A stretch of DNA of 64,000 bases, from positions 14,632,001 to 14,696,000 of the forward strand of contig NC_088854.1 in assembly GCF_963853765.1 (NCBI RefSeq). Reading direction: 5' to 3'. Under the pieces are notes generated by a model. The model did not search any database. It was not told the DNA's origin and saw nothing but the letters and a program-made list of their open reading frames with translations. Below, in pieces: positions 12,401 to 25,520 of this stretch. Source of the stretch: Magallana gigas (Eukaryota). Position 1 is the first letter of the stretch, and the number at the start of each line of letters is the position of its first letter. The position numbers were made by a program, and so were the translations under genes.

Positions 12401-12868
12401 AGCACCAAATCTCTTTTCTTTAATTTCTTTATCAGTCTGCATTAAACATTTATTCATATAAATATATATGAATATACATCACTTTAGCAAACAATTGTGA
12501 GAGATCACCCATATTCCTCAGCAATTCATCTGATCATTGCAAGGACCATCGTGGAGAAAGATTAATGGAGTACAACGCCAGAATAGAAAGTACGTCAAAA
12601 TACAGAAACATTATCATGAAACTGTTGTTAAAAATGATGCAAGGGTAATCTTCAGAGTAGAATAGAATTTTGCAAAAATATCGGATTAAATGTATTTAAA
12701 ATAGAAGCTTCCATTTTGCAGTAGTACTGTAAAAAGGAAGAAAAACTTCCTAGGTAGAGGGGTTTTCTATAAGAATTTTTGAACGGTTTGGTTTACTTTC
12801 TCTTTATTTCAACAGTGTGGAAACGAGACGGAAAAAGATCTCGTTATGAAAAACCTGACGTTATATGA
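6145..12868 (+). CDS. Divergent T-box transcription factor, paralogue 1 (about 495 aa, 10 predicted coding exons)
   Basis: Exons 6145-6533, 7461-7728, 7960-8159, 9447-9623, 10019-10062, 10205-10300, 10472-10555, 12165-12239, 12488-12589 and 12816-12868 total 1488 nt, in frame with GT-AG introns. T-domain motifs: LWYTF..GTEMIINKTGR|RMFP, HPDSP..GSDWM..ISFEKIKLSN, TFIAVTAYNN.EVTKLKINSNPYSKGFR. The start codon and tail exons are less certain than the T-domain exons. Confidence 0.9.
8590..9385. repeat. Compound micro/minisatellite in T-box 1 intron 3 (15-bp unit changing to a 35-bp higher-order unit)
   Basis: (AGTACGTGTAGTAGY)n up to about 8950, then alternating 15-bp and 20-bp units. Confidence 0.95.
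10332..10378. repeat. (CT)n microsatellite
   Basis: Direct read. Confidence 0.95.
10967..11461 (-). mobile_element. Non-autonomous Helitron (495 bp) in a T-box 1 intron
   Basis: On the minus strand: A|TC 5' end at 11461, subterminal hairpin ACCCGTGC-AC-GCACGGGT (10977-10994) and 3' CTAG|T at 10967. These are canonical Helitron hallmarks. Confidence 0.88.
11693..11730. repeat. (GA)n microsatellite
   Basis: Direct read. Confidence 0.95.
12344..12397. repeat. (CT)n microsatellite
   Basis: Direct read. Confidence 0.95.
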
Positions 12869-14614
12869 AAAACAAAAATATAAATCTGAAACAGAAAAAA
12901 AACAGATTTAAAATGTATGTATTTTATTTAAGTGTTTCTCTCGGTCTGCTTGTGAAGCAATCAATTTCTTCTTTTGCTTCTGATCAAAACAACAAAAAAG
13001 CGACAGCAAATAAAACAAAATTAATTTCGAAGACATCTTTGCACCAAGTATTCAGATTGAAGAGAAATTATCATAAAACATGAATTAATACCATGTATCA
13101 TCTTCGTGTAAATTGATTCAAAGTTAGACGCTTGAAAATCACCACCAACAACAAATATATTCTCATCTTTGAAAAGAACATTCAGGGGGTCGCATCATCA
13201 ATTTTAAACACATGTGTAGGTAGAGGAACGTTGCTAGAGAGTCATTGGGTAGAACGAATCCGTAATTTTGACGTTTATTATGGGTTTTTTATATATTTGT
13301 ATCAATCTGTTACCTTTGAAATTATTTAGATACCAGACCATATTTCATTTACTTTAAAAACAATTCCATTGCAGTCATTTCAAGCAAGGACACCATAAAA
13401 AAAGAAAAAAGAAACTCTAAAACTTGAGTGGATATTGTTGTTATAAATCCATGTCATTAAATTGTCTGAAGAAGCTAATGTATAAGATGAGTACTTGTTT
13501 TTGAGCTTCGAACTGTGAACTGTTTTATAATTATTACGTTTCCTTTAATGCTCATTTTTTTCATAATTATGATGTTGTAGTTTATTCAACCTCATTGGCG
13601 TGAAGTCAAAAGGTTACGAACATTTGAATGATTCACTTGTATCTTATATTTTTAGTTTATCTATTTCTAAAATCATGTTCAAAATCTTGTGAAAGCATTG
13701 TCTTTCTATGGTATTACTGTGAAGTGTATCTTTTGTTGTACATGTTGGATGTTTTATTCCATCTTTTCTGATTGTCTTAGAGAGATTTGTGTCAGTAGTC
13801 GGTGTCTGCATTTTTCATTCACCCTCTTATCTTGAATTAAAAAGGATATTTGATTTGTCCAAAACTGAGTTTAAATTTCCTTATGAAGTTAATAAGATTA
13901 AAAAAAAACTCAAAATCTTGAAAAAGAACAAGGAACATAAAGTTTGTAAAGTTTATTTGACCAAGTTGGCTTACATTTTTTTTTTGCTCAATTACAAGAC
14001 TTCTTCTAAAGATTAAAAAGAATCAGTAATTGAGGATATTATGTTTTACAAAGATGTCTGACGAACTTTATGAATGCTATTTGTAAAAAAAAAAAAAGGA
14101 AATCGAGTAAGTACTTTACAAATTATCTAAAATGCTCACATTTCTCTGATATAGACTATAAAAATTAAGACTTTGAGTTCAAGTTCTCTGTAAAAAGTGT
14201 ATGAAGAAAATCCTCCGCGAAACATTGACTAAGTAAGTATGAAATAAATGAATATTTTTTTACATGAAAATATTCAGTTTATACGAAGACTTGTAATTTA
14301 TTTTAAACGGTGTTATTTATTTTTAACATGTTTGTTTCTATTGATTTTTATACAGTATGCGTGTACTAAGTAGTTAGCAACTTTTGTGTCAAAGTTTAAC
14401 ATTGTTAATTCTTACGAGCGATATGGCTCATGGGACTCTTGTTTCTATTTCTGTCATATTATGTCTTTTTGTAATATATTTTGACTATATATAATGTTTG
14501 GTTGAATTCTTTTAATAAAACTTCTACGGAATCAAAATAAACAATGTACGGACATACCTGTAAAACTTCAACATGTAACGTGTCATCTGATTGGTGTATT
14601 TAGTCACGTGTCAG

Positions 14615-15230
14615 GGTAAACAAAATTACTTATTAGGTTTGTTACTGACAGACTACAGATATATTTAAACAATAAAATGCTTTACTATGGTGATTCTTGC
14701 GGGATACATAACCCGCTATCATATGACCTGCGTTGGTGGGCTATGTAATTTTGTCTGCAATGATTGCTGCCTTCATAACCTGTAGGAATCAACAAAGAAA
14801 TCAATTTATTTTTTTTATTTACATATTTCAATTAACTAGTTAATAAATTGGTCTGAAAAAAATAAAAAAAAAAATCTACATGCGTTAGACAGAAAACACA
14901 ACCAAATCGGCTTTGATGGGAACTTGAGTCTGACATCATCATGATTATTTTGAGCAGTTCGTGATTTTTCTCATAACTTTATGAAGGTTTCGACCAACCG
15001 ATAAACGGGGCGCGAGGAGGTCAGTTCCGTTAGTTTCTAAAGAGCTATGAATTACAATCAATTGCAATTTCTGTAAAAAAAAATAAATAGAAAGAATATT
15101 ACAAAGTGGATGTAAAAATATGGAGTTTGTCTGTCTCATAGACAGCAAAACCGTCTGTGAGACTCGATTGATCAACCCGATATATTTCTGTAGTACGTCA
15201 GTAACAAACCTAATAAATGCTTTGTTTTTC
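14615..15230. mobile_element. Putative non-autonomous element with about 40-bp inverted ends
   Basis: 14619-14660 (aacaaaattacttattaggtttgttactgacagactacaga) is inverted at 15188-15228. A related solo end lies at about 38021-38060. Confidence 0.5.
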
Positions 15231-18200
15231 CAAGGAAAATCACTTTTACCTGGATTTTTTTATGATCACCACTTCTTGTGAAATGAGTGTCTCACTTATA
15301 TACTAGTATCGTTCAATTATAAATACAATCGAACTTTAATATATTTTACTCATTTAATCGAGCACATGGCTGCTTAAAGACCAGTTTTAAAGTAGTCCGA
15401 GTATCGCAATACGTCATGATACGGATTTTACAATATTGGTTCGACTTTTACAAAGCGTTTTAGATACCCGGTATTGATTTTGCTCTACATCGCTGTTGTA
15501 AACAATGGCAATAATAAGCAATTAGAACGGTAATATATGTATTCTATGAGAGATAGAAATGATTAATGTTGAGAAACTCGATTCTGTAAAAGTAAAATGA
15601 AAAACGAAGTTTCTGATTAACCAGGATCTCAGGTACATGTATGCTTTTATCTTCTTTGTTTTGATGCCCCCCCCCCCTCCCCGAATTTTTTGTTCTTGTA
15701 CTAAACCGGTTTAAACTTAGAGACAGAAGCTATTTCGAATTTAATCAATCGTCAATTAATTAATGTTTAAATGATATCTAACATTGTTGACAAATCTAGG
15801 CAGAAAACTGTAGCAAAATGTGATTTTTACGGATTTTTTCGTCAGGGTCAACTTGGTTTAGAGCTTATGGCGTGAAAAGTAATCTGTCAACATATAATTT
15901 ATTTTACCAAATCTTTTTTCTAAGATGTCAATCTATAGAATAAACACCATGAATTTAAGTTTGAGTCCATTAAATAGTAAAAATATTACCAAACGCGATA
16001 CTAGCATAGCATTTTTTGTATTCTATTTTGATACATCAGGTCCATAAAGGGTACTTACTTACAAAAATTTGCGCAAAATTATTGATGAGATATGGCTTAA
16101 ATTAATATGTATACTCTATTTTGTATGTTCAGTTCTAATTTTCCCAAAATTGGTAATTATTTTTAGGAAAAACGGACGTCTGGCAAATTTCAGAATTGTC
16201 AATAATTTTTGCAAGGGGGTACACCCGTCTGAGAGGTGATAACAAACAAACTAGCATGTAAACATGCATATTTTCTTTTATATATGTATTGCTAGAATGT
16301 ATATTTATCATTTAAAGCTAAGCTTTTAATGATTGAGCCCATTTAGTGCCGAGTATAGGACTACCTTAACTAGTATAGATGATACGCAATATATATATTT
16401 GAAAAAATAAATTAAGCAAAGTTTAATTCTATTCTTCCCAATGATGAATAGGATTTAAGAATTGAATAATTGTTCATGTTTTTAAGAAATGGCGGAAAAT
16501 GGACATTTGCATGACGAATTAGAAGCACAACTAAATAACGATATAGTCGACATTGCAAAAGTTGTTTCCCTTTGCGAGGTCAACCAAAGGGTCAACAGAA
16601 AAAAAGGAAAAAGTGAAAATCCAACACTTGCAACAAAGTATTTTGGCGTCCTGTGATTAAATCTCTTTGAAATAATTTATCCCTTTGATGTAATGTAAGG
16701 GTTGTCCTATTCTGTGACAATCAAATTACGCAATAATAACAGCTTTTCTATATGAAATGACAAATTTACAAACCTCTAAGCTACAAAGACTACTAAAAGA
16801 AATATATGAGTTTTCTTCAAACATGGCGGCCAAGGGAGATACATGTACTTTTGTAAAGTGTGGATTGGTCTATTGTAAAATTGCTAAACATCTGACAGTG
16901 TAACAAACATATTAAGCTGTCTATTTTGTTCAAATATTTATTTATATATTAAATGTTTATATGATATGATGAATTAAACTTGTAAAAATAGTGATCAGAA
17001 ATTAGACCATATCAAATAAAGTTCTTTCACTGTATTGTAACAAATTTTTATGCATTATGCCTATGCATAATTTAAAAGAAAATATGACTGTTCAGAAATC
17101 CAAGTTCAAATATATCTTAACAAAATATTTATTTTTAAAGTATTGAAATAATTTACCAAGAATAAAGTGGTATTTATGTGAGCAGAGAGAAATACCCCTT
17201 TTAAAGTAATTAACAATGTACGATAAATATGTAATGAACCCATGTGTTTTATGTTCTTTACGTGCCACACGACGCGCAACTATTCACCATGAAATTTTCT
17301 ACCAGTAGTCTTACGCCGACATTAAAGCAGCATTATAAGAGACCAATATCATGCAATTAACTAATCTTTAGAAAAAAATCATGAATTATTTGTTTATTTG
17401 CCTTTTGAATTACTCATATGCAACATATGCAACAAGAAATTAACAAATCCAATAAAAAATCAATAATGTACGTTAACTTTAAAGAATCACCTTGGAAATC
17501 CATTTGAAAAAAATGCGTGGTTAACCAGAATATACGATATTTAAAACATGATCTTAAAGCAGATTAATACCGTTATTTAAGTATAGAATTAGGTTTTTAG
17601 AAACGTTATTTAAGTAGTTATGAAAGTAGTTATAAAAAATTATAAAGTAGACGACTCATTCATTCTATCTTTATTTCCTCCTATTGGAGATTGCATGAAG
17701 AATAACATTTTAACACAAATTATAAATACAGCACATGAGTGAAAAAGTTAATAGAAGTACTAGTTATATTGAAAAAAGGAATATAATTTAATATGTACAT
17801 TGCAATTGCTGGCGGGAACATATTACTCCCGATTTACTTGAATGGTAAGTTTATTGAGTAAACTTCAAGTGTCTGTAATACCATGCAGCCGCATCCCTTA
17901 GGAAACGGAAATTAAGGATGTGCAGGCTGCGCTCGTTGTGATATTATACGGTGACTTAGAGAAGTCTTGATCCTAGTGAGAATAGATAGAGGTCTTGTGG
18001 ACAAAGGCCGCAAGGTTCAGCACTAAGTGAAATGTCAAGATCCTTAATCACAGTGTTCCACCAAGCGTCTCGGAGAGCAACGGTCGAGATGTGCTGAAAC
18101 ACATTGGGTAAGCAACTGCCACACACAGGTCAAAAAGGTCAAATTTTTTAAAACCGAACGCGTGCTGCCAAGCAGGGTACCATACGACAACATGAAAGGA

Positions 18201-18591
18201 ATTTGATTGCAAAATGGTCTATATTGAATATGTTTATTTTTTATACATTACGGTTCATAATTATGGACTTATAATTTTTCTCATTCGACATTTGAACAAT
18301 AAAATGTTTCCTTGGTGCCTTGATAGCCCATAAAAACCAATCAAACAAGCATTCTGAGAGTATTGCATAAGCAATACACGTCCCCTACCGGTTTGTATTA
18401 TTCTATGAAAGCTCCCAAGCACATAACTATTTCAGAGCTATTGTAATTAAACGAGATGTCATGCTTTAATCAGAGATAAAAGAACAGAGGAAATGAAAAC
18501 TATAAAGTTGATATAGATATTAAATACAAAATAGGTAAAATAATACTCTGAATTTCATCTCCTGTAATTTCGCCATGTCTATTCTGTATTC

Positions 18592-18937
18592 CAGGCACGT
18601 AGCATCGTTTTTGAAAGTGGGGGGCCAGACTCATCCAAAAAATCTTGACAAGCAAAAAAAAAAAAAAAAAAAAGGAAATTTAAAGTTTCCCAAAATCTTC
18701 AAAATCCTACTCCGTGGGGGGGGGGGGGGGGCTGGAGTAGCACATAACTTCAATTTCACTCCTCATTTCCTTATTTTCATATCCATTTTTTACTTACTCC
18801 CAAAAAAGTGGGGGGGGGGGGGGCCAACTCCATGATAATTCTATTTTTTATATGTAAATTTTAAAAAATTGGTTGCTGCGAGAAAAAGTGGGGGGCCTGC
18901 CCCCCCCCCCCCCCCCCCCTCTGATGCTACGTGCCTG
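18592..18937. mobile_element. MITE with 15-bp TIRs and poly-G/poly-C tracts
   Basis: caggcacgtagcatc ... gatgctacgtgcctg form perfect inverted termini. Confidence 0.75.
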
Positions 18938-20778
18938 CATTGTTATAATATAAATGATGTTTATATGTCAAAAATTAAACATAACGTCAAGCGGATTATT
19001 ACGTTTTGCAACACCGGAATTTTTGCATCGTTATGACGTAGGCAAGTTATGTGATACGATATATAAATGAATTGGTTCAGCCAATTGAATGAGACATTAA
19101 AACCAGAATTTAACTTTTCTTGAACAAGTAAACTGAATAAAGGTTTGTTACAATATGTTACATAGAGGAGTTAATTATTTTATACCCTGATATCAGTTTT
19201 AGTTCTTGCAGTATACATTTAAGTAATGATAAAAAATATTTCTTTGGCTGAATGATAAAAACTTTCTCATTTCTAATCAAGTTTTTTGTTTCATTTAAAA
19301 ATAATGTACTGGTTGTGGTCGTAATTTACATTTTAATTTTTTTTAAAAATATTTTCTTTTCTTTTTCATCGACAAGTCATGCCATATGTATCATACATTC
19401 ACTTTAGTCAATCAGACAAAATTTAATTGATCTACCGATAGAATTAATGAATCATATCCAGCAGATGGCGTCTTGTCCGACCAGACAAGAATACGCCGCT
19501 ATTATCAAGTAAATAACCTGTTGCTCTTTGCTTTCATGTGATAACTGTCATAAATGTACTTATTGACTGTCGTACTTTTCTTTCAGATAATTTATCAGTC
19601 ACTTAGTACGAAATGCGTCATTAAAACGTGCTCAGTTGCTTATTTTAAAAAAGGAGATGTAACAATTAGCGTAACGTGTATTTTATTTTAAAATCTGCCC
19701 CTATCGACTTAGCTCAGTTGTCAGAGCACTAGACCTAACATAGACTTGTACAATATTCCCCTGTTTATATTTAAATTCGAAAATCTCTATCAACTGATGA
19801 TTGAGGTAATGAATCTCTACATGTACATACCTTATACGATGTAAAAAAAAAAAAACCCGGGGTGAACGTAAAGTGTCCCAAGTTATGTTATGGACGTCGT
19901 ATAACATTGGTAGAAATTAAATTTTTTACAATTGAAATCAGAAAATGGCCCATTGTTATAATATAAATGATGATGTTTATATGTCAAAAATTAAACATAA
20001 CGTCAAGCGGATTATTACGTTTTGCAACACCGGAATTTTTGCATCGTTATGACGTAGGCAAGTTATGTGATACGATATATAAATGAATTAGTTCAGCCAA
20101 TTGAATGAGACATTAAAACCAGAATTTAACTTTTCTTGAACAAGTAAATTGAATAAAGGTTTGTTACAATATGTTACATAGAGGAGTTAATTATTTTATA
20201 CCCTGATATCAGTTTTAGTTCTTGCAGTATACATTTAAGTAATGATAGAAAATATTTCTTTGGCTGAATGATAAAAACTTTCTCATTTCTAATCAAGTTT
20301 TTTGTTTCATTTAAAAATAATGTACTGGTTGTGGTCGTAATTTACATTTTAATTTTTTTTAAAAATATTTTCTTTTCTTTTTCATCGACAAGTCATGCCA
20401 TATGTATCATACATTCACTTTAGTCAATCAGACAAAATTTAATTGATCTACCGATAGAATTAATGAATCATATCCAGCAGATGGCGTCTTGTCCGACCAG
20501 ACAAGAATACGCCGCTATTATCAAGTAAATAACCTGTTGCTCTTTGCTTTCATGTGATAACTGTCATAAATGTACTTATTGACTGTCGTATTTTTCTTTC
20601 AGATAATTTATCAGTCACTTAGTACGAAATGCGTCATGAAAACGTGCTCAGTTGCTTGTTTTAAAAAAGGAGATGTAACAATTAGCGTAACGTGTATTTT
20701 ATTTTAAAATCTGCCCCTATCGACTAAGCTCAGTTGTCAGAGCACTAGACCTAACATAGACTTGTACAATATTCCCCT
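18938..20778 (+). repeat. About 825-bp near-identical direct duplication (18938-19762 and 19951-20778)
   Basis: Only about 7 substitutions and one 3-bp indel seen. Each unit ends in a truncated tRNA-like SINE head (tagctcagttgtcagagca, about 19710-19728). Confidence 0.9.
19408..19508 (+). pseudogene. Possible orphan exon with an F-box-like motif (second copy 20424-20524)
   Basis: AG...GT-bounded 101 nt encoding SIRQNLIDLPIELMNHIQQMASCPTRQEYAAII. LxDLPxEL..I resembles an F-box start. Confidence 0.3.
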
Positions 20779-21164
20779 TGTTTCCGTTTCCATCATATGT
20801 TGTTAGCTTTCTTAATACATGTAAAAACTCAAGAACTTGTTGCAAAATTTCCAAAACTCTTCCTGCGAAGTGGTTCTATCTACCGTAACCAACACGAATA
20901 AAAAATGGTAAAATAATTTATAACAGGGAAGTCTTGCATCTTCATTCGATTTATTTATTACAATATCAACTTTGATATAAAATATGTTTATCTAATTCAA
21001 CATATATGGAGTGGAACCATGAATTATTCTCATTGACTATTGCTAAATGCCTGCCTGAAGGACGATTAAGATCTCAAAAATATTTTTTATCTCGAAATAG
21101 CAAGAAATGATCTTATCGACCGATTGTTGCCCGATTTCTCTACCAAAAAGACTTAATCGCTGTC

Positions 21165-24100
21165 AGGAGTAGGTCGCACAGGTTGCGCAATACGGGCTAT
21201 GGAATCCGAGAACAGTATCCCACCTCTATTGAGAGGCGTCGGAGGGAGCTATACCCCGCGATGCGGTATCATAGGAGCCGTGGCGACAATGTGAAGATGG
21301 TTCGAGATACGCTTTACGTCAACGGTCAGTGTTACGACCCCGAGACAGAGCCTACAGAGGATCCAACGTATTTTGGAAGTCACGTTGTGCCTGCGCCACC
21401 GATCGGCAATATGGACAAGGGTACACCTGAAGATCAACCCATGGAAGGCGAGGACCAGTTAATCGCGCAAGGTAGTACTGACGCGCCGACACCCACCCAG
21501 AGCTAGGGGGACGCTGAGGATAGACCACCGCTCCGAATCGTGTCATGGAACGTGAACAGAGGTCTGGAAAAGAAGTTAGGTGAACATGAGTTTTGTAAAC
21601 TTCTTTCCTCGTATGACATTGTATTTTTATCAGAGTGTTGGGTAAACAGTGAGTCTACTTTAGACCTGTCTCATCTTACTCAAGGTTATGCGTCCTTTAT
21701 GTACCCACGTACCAGAGGCAAAGGGGGTGGAATGGTAATTCTGGTAAGAGACGAACTACTAGCTCACTTTTCAGTTTGTAAATATGTTGGTGACAGTATG
21801 GTATGGGTAAAATTGTCAGGTATATATAAAAATGACGTTTATATTTGTTTTGTTTACATTGCACATGAAAACAGTGTATTCTATACTACTTATGATATTG
21901 ACCTTTTTGACACGCTATTATGCGATATTGCGAAGTACAGTGATATGGGTGCTATCATATTAGCTGGAGATTTTAATAGTCGTGTGGGTGAATCAAAAGA
22001 TTATGTTGAATATGATATTTTGGCTAACAATTTGTTAAATAACATGCCTGCTTTTTTGTCATATGATAAGGATTATACTTGTTCACGTAGATCGGAAGAC
22101 AAACATGTCAATAATTTTGGTCGTAAATTACTCGAATTATGTCGAGCCTCTGGTCTTAGAATATGTAATGGCAGGGTTTCCGGGGACACGCGGGACAAAT
22201 ATACATTTTTTAACCATTTAGGTTCGAGTGTCATAGATTATGTTTTAGTTGGTAAGGATGATTTTGATGCCATCGAGAGTTTTACTGTTAAAGATTTTAA
22301 TGAATGGTCAGACCACGCTCCAGTTGAAGTGTGTATTCATAATGTTAAAAACTACCAACGCTATGACAATCATAACATTTTCTGTAGTAATGTAACGGCA
22401 GGCAGTGTGTACAGATGGAATGAGGAAGCTTTTGAGTCCATAAAATCTATCTTACACAGTAAAGTGTCTGATTTTTACAGTCTTTTTGAAAAAATGGACT
22501 GTGGGATCCTTAGTATAGATCAGGTTGTAAATAATTTCACTAGTATATTAAACAGTGTTTTTATGCCTTTTTGTAGTGTATCCAACTTTTTAGGTGGTTC
22601 GTCTATTGACATTAAGTCTTCCAGTAGTAATAAGCCATGGTTCGATGACAAGTGTAAAGAACTCCGTAAAGTTTATAAAAGCTCCTTACGTATTTTTAAT
22701 TGGGAAAGGTCTGTTCAAAATCGTATCACTTTATGTGAAAACAAACGTGTCTACAAAAAGCATGTACTTAGAACTAGAAATAGGTTTGTCAGACACGAAG
22801 GTAATAAACTCAACTATTTAAGAAAGCACAATCCAAAACAGTTTTACAAGATTTTCAAGAAAAGAAAAACAATTAAAAGCTCTTTAGATCTAGATGCTTT
22901 TTATCAATATTTTAAGAGTGTTTGTAATGTAGATGAAAATATTGTAGACATTGAAAGTCCATTTTTTGAGCAGAGGAGTACTGATACTGTTTTTAGTGAA
23001 TTAGATAAAGCCATAGATGAGGAGGAATTACTTTCAGTACTAAAAAATTAAAATGTGGTAAAGCTGCCGGAACAGATCACCTGTTAAATGAATATTTTGT
23101 TAAATTTAAAGAGTTTTTTTTACCAGTTTTAGTTAGACTTTTTAATAAAATTTTGGATGCAGGTACTTTCCCAAGGAGCTGGTCTATAGGTGTAATAATT
23201 CCACTTCTTAAGAAAGGTAACACCAATGATGTTAACAATTACAGGGGAATAACTCTTGTTAGTAATCTGGCAAAAATATTTACCACAGTGTTGAACTATA
23301 GATTACTTCGCTGGTCTGACGACAATGGTATCATAAGCGATGCGCAGTTTGGGTTTAAGCCAGGTCATAGTACCACAGATGCCATTTTTGCACTTACTAG
23401 TTTAGTATCTTTATATTTGAAAAAGAAAAAGAAATTATATTGTTGTTTTGTTGATTACAGAAAAGCGTTTGATAGTGTGAATAGAAACAAGTTATTATAC
23501 AAACTTGCTACAAATGGAGTCACGGGAAAGTTGTTAAGTATTATTAAGCATATCTATTGTGAGTTAAAATCATGTGTCAGATATAAGTCTGAACTGTCAA
23601 ATTATTTTTCGTCAACAACTGGACTTATGCAAGGAGAGGCTTTGTCGCCTTTTCTTTTTTCATTATATATTAATGATTTTGAAATGGATCTTATTCGAAG
23701 TTGTTGTGAACCTGTTGACTTCAGAGACCTTTCGCTTTTTCTTTTAATGTATGCTGATGATACTGTGTTAATAGCTAATTCAAGGGAGAGTCTACAGGGT
23801 ATGTTGAATCAATTGTATCAATTTAGTAATGATTGGAATATTGGTGTGAACACAGATAAAACAAAAATAGTTGTTTTTCGACATGCGGGTAGAATGTGTA
23901 AAAATGATTTTTGGACCTATGACCAAAAGCATGTTGAGGTTGTTAATTGTTTCAATTATTTAGGAATCAATTTGAATTTTAATGGGAATTTTAATGTTAC
24001 ACAGAAAACAATTGCAATGCAGGGTAGGAAATGTATGTTTGGTATTCTAAAAATATGTAATGAAACTTATTTAAATATTGAGACTAAATTAAGCATTTTT

Positions 24101-25210
24101 GACACCTATGTATCTAGCGTTCTTAACTATGGCTCCGAGATATGGGGTTTTCATTCTGGTGATGAAATAGAACGAGTTCACACAAATTTTTGTAAAAGAA
24201 TTTTGAAAGTTAAAAAATGTACGTCAAACTTTATGGTTTATTCAGAGTTAGGTCGTCTACCTATGAGTATTATACGTAAATTGCGTATCATTAAGTATTG
24301 GTTGAAATTGATTAAAACAGAAAATTGTATATTACGCAATGTATATGAGGAAATGGTCTCACAGTTGATACCAAATACATGGTGTTTTAATGTCAGAGAA
24401 TTATTAGTATCTCTGGGTATGCATGAAGTCTGGCTTTCACAAAATGTGGCTAACACTAATGTTTTCTTAAAAATTGTAAAGCAGAGGTTGTCCGATTTTT
24501 TTATTCAGGAAAGAGACGCATTTTTCGAGTCATCCTCTAAATGTTTATTGTACAAGTATCTGCCTGACACTTTTTCGTTACAATTTTATTTGAGTAAAAA
24601 TATTCCGGAAAACCTTGTTGTCCTTTTAACAAAATATAGACTGTCATCGCATATGCTTTTGGTAGAGCAAGGCCGTTATAATGGAACTGTCAGATCGATG
24701 CGTATCTGTAAATATTGTAATTTAGGTGAAGTCGAGGATGAATTCCATTTCATACTTATCTGTCCATTTTATAAAAGTCTACGGGTATTGTATTTAAAAA
24801 AATATTACTGGTCTCGTCCTTCAATGTTTAAGTTAGTTCAACTCCTTGCCATTCATAATCGCAAACAATTGTGCCATCTCGCAATGTTTCTGCGTGAGGC
24901 AGGTAAAAAACGGGATGTCGGATAACTAGTACATCCAACTGATGTATTATTACTATCACTATTATTATTAATATTACTATTATTATCATTATTATCATTA
25001 TTATAATCATTTGATTTATTGATTTATAGGGTCTCTCCTCCTATGAATGTACATGTATGAATAATATTTTTTTTAGAATATTGTTTAACGTCAATAGCGA
25101 ACTGTTTGATTTTGATTGGATAGAGTGTAGCATTATATATCTATAATTATGTACATATGTTTCAACAGCTTATAATTCATTTGAATTTAGCCAATAAACA
25201 ATACAATCAT
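21165..25210 (+). mobile_element. 5'-truncated non-LTR retrotransposon, RTEX-like (ORF1 3' remnant plus APE-RT ORF2)
   Basis: ORF1 tail at 21183-21506. APE motifs SWNV, LSECW, GDFNSR, SVIDY, SDH. RT motifs YRGITL, QFGF, FVDYRKAFDSV, MQGEALSP, YADD, YLG. C-terminal RLSSH.L.VEQGRY..CxxC..EDEFHF..CP. 3' (ATT)n tract and aataaacaatacaat tail. Confidence 0.92.
21540..24925 (+). pseudogene. LINE ORF2 (endonuclease plus reverse transcriptase) split by a single frameshift near 23041-23051
   Basis: The EN ORF 21540-23051 stops at ctaaaaaattaa. The second frame continues LKCGKAAGTDHL... straight into the RT ORF ending at 24925. Confidence 0.85.
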
Positions 25211-25219
25211 TTCGGAAAA

Positions 25220-25520
25220 AAGATCTCCCAATTACTAGAAAAAAAGAGAAGAAGAGAAAAGTTAATTATTTCGTAATAATTAGAATAGATCTCGTAATTA
25301 CGAATAATCAAAATCGTAATTGCGAGAAAATATCTCATAATAAAGAGAACATATCTCCTTTTAATTAGAAGAAAATATTTCGTTATCACGTTTAAGTTAT
25401 CTCATAATTACGACAAATTATCTCGCTATTACTAGAATAAAATTGATTTCGTCATTACGAAAACATATCTCGTAATTACGTGAAAAGTTCTAGTTAATAA
25501 GAGTAAGTTAAGTCGTAACT
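25220..25520. repeat. Degenerate minisatellite (atctcgtaattacgagaaaa-like, about 20 bp)
   Basis: Recurring ctcgtaattacg motif. A similar unit at about 21090-21110 suggests the LINE inserted into this repeat. Confidence 0.55.

Noticed and set aside
12816-12868. Terminal MWKRD motif considered as a WRPW-like Groucho motif
   Set aside because: It does not match WRPW/WRPY and is not at the C-terminus. It is conserved between paralogues but its function is unassigned.
14619-14660. About 40-bp match to 38021-38060 upstream of T-box 2, first read as a relic promoter of a lost third paralogue
   Set aside because: A third, inverted copy at 15188-15228 shows it is the end of a dispersed repeat.
17916-18135. 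GGATGTG...GGCTGCG start resembling vertebrate 7SK RNA
   Set aside because: There is no adjacent GATC stem-1 motif, no CACATCC partner and no proper 3' hairpin. Kept only as a generic structured-RNA candidate.
19706-19735. tagctcagttg..agagca resembling a tRNA gene
   Set aside because: Only the A-box/D-arm is present, with no T-arm or B-box. It is a truncated SINE head.
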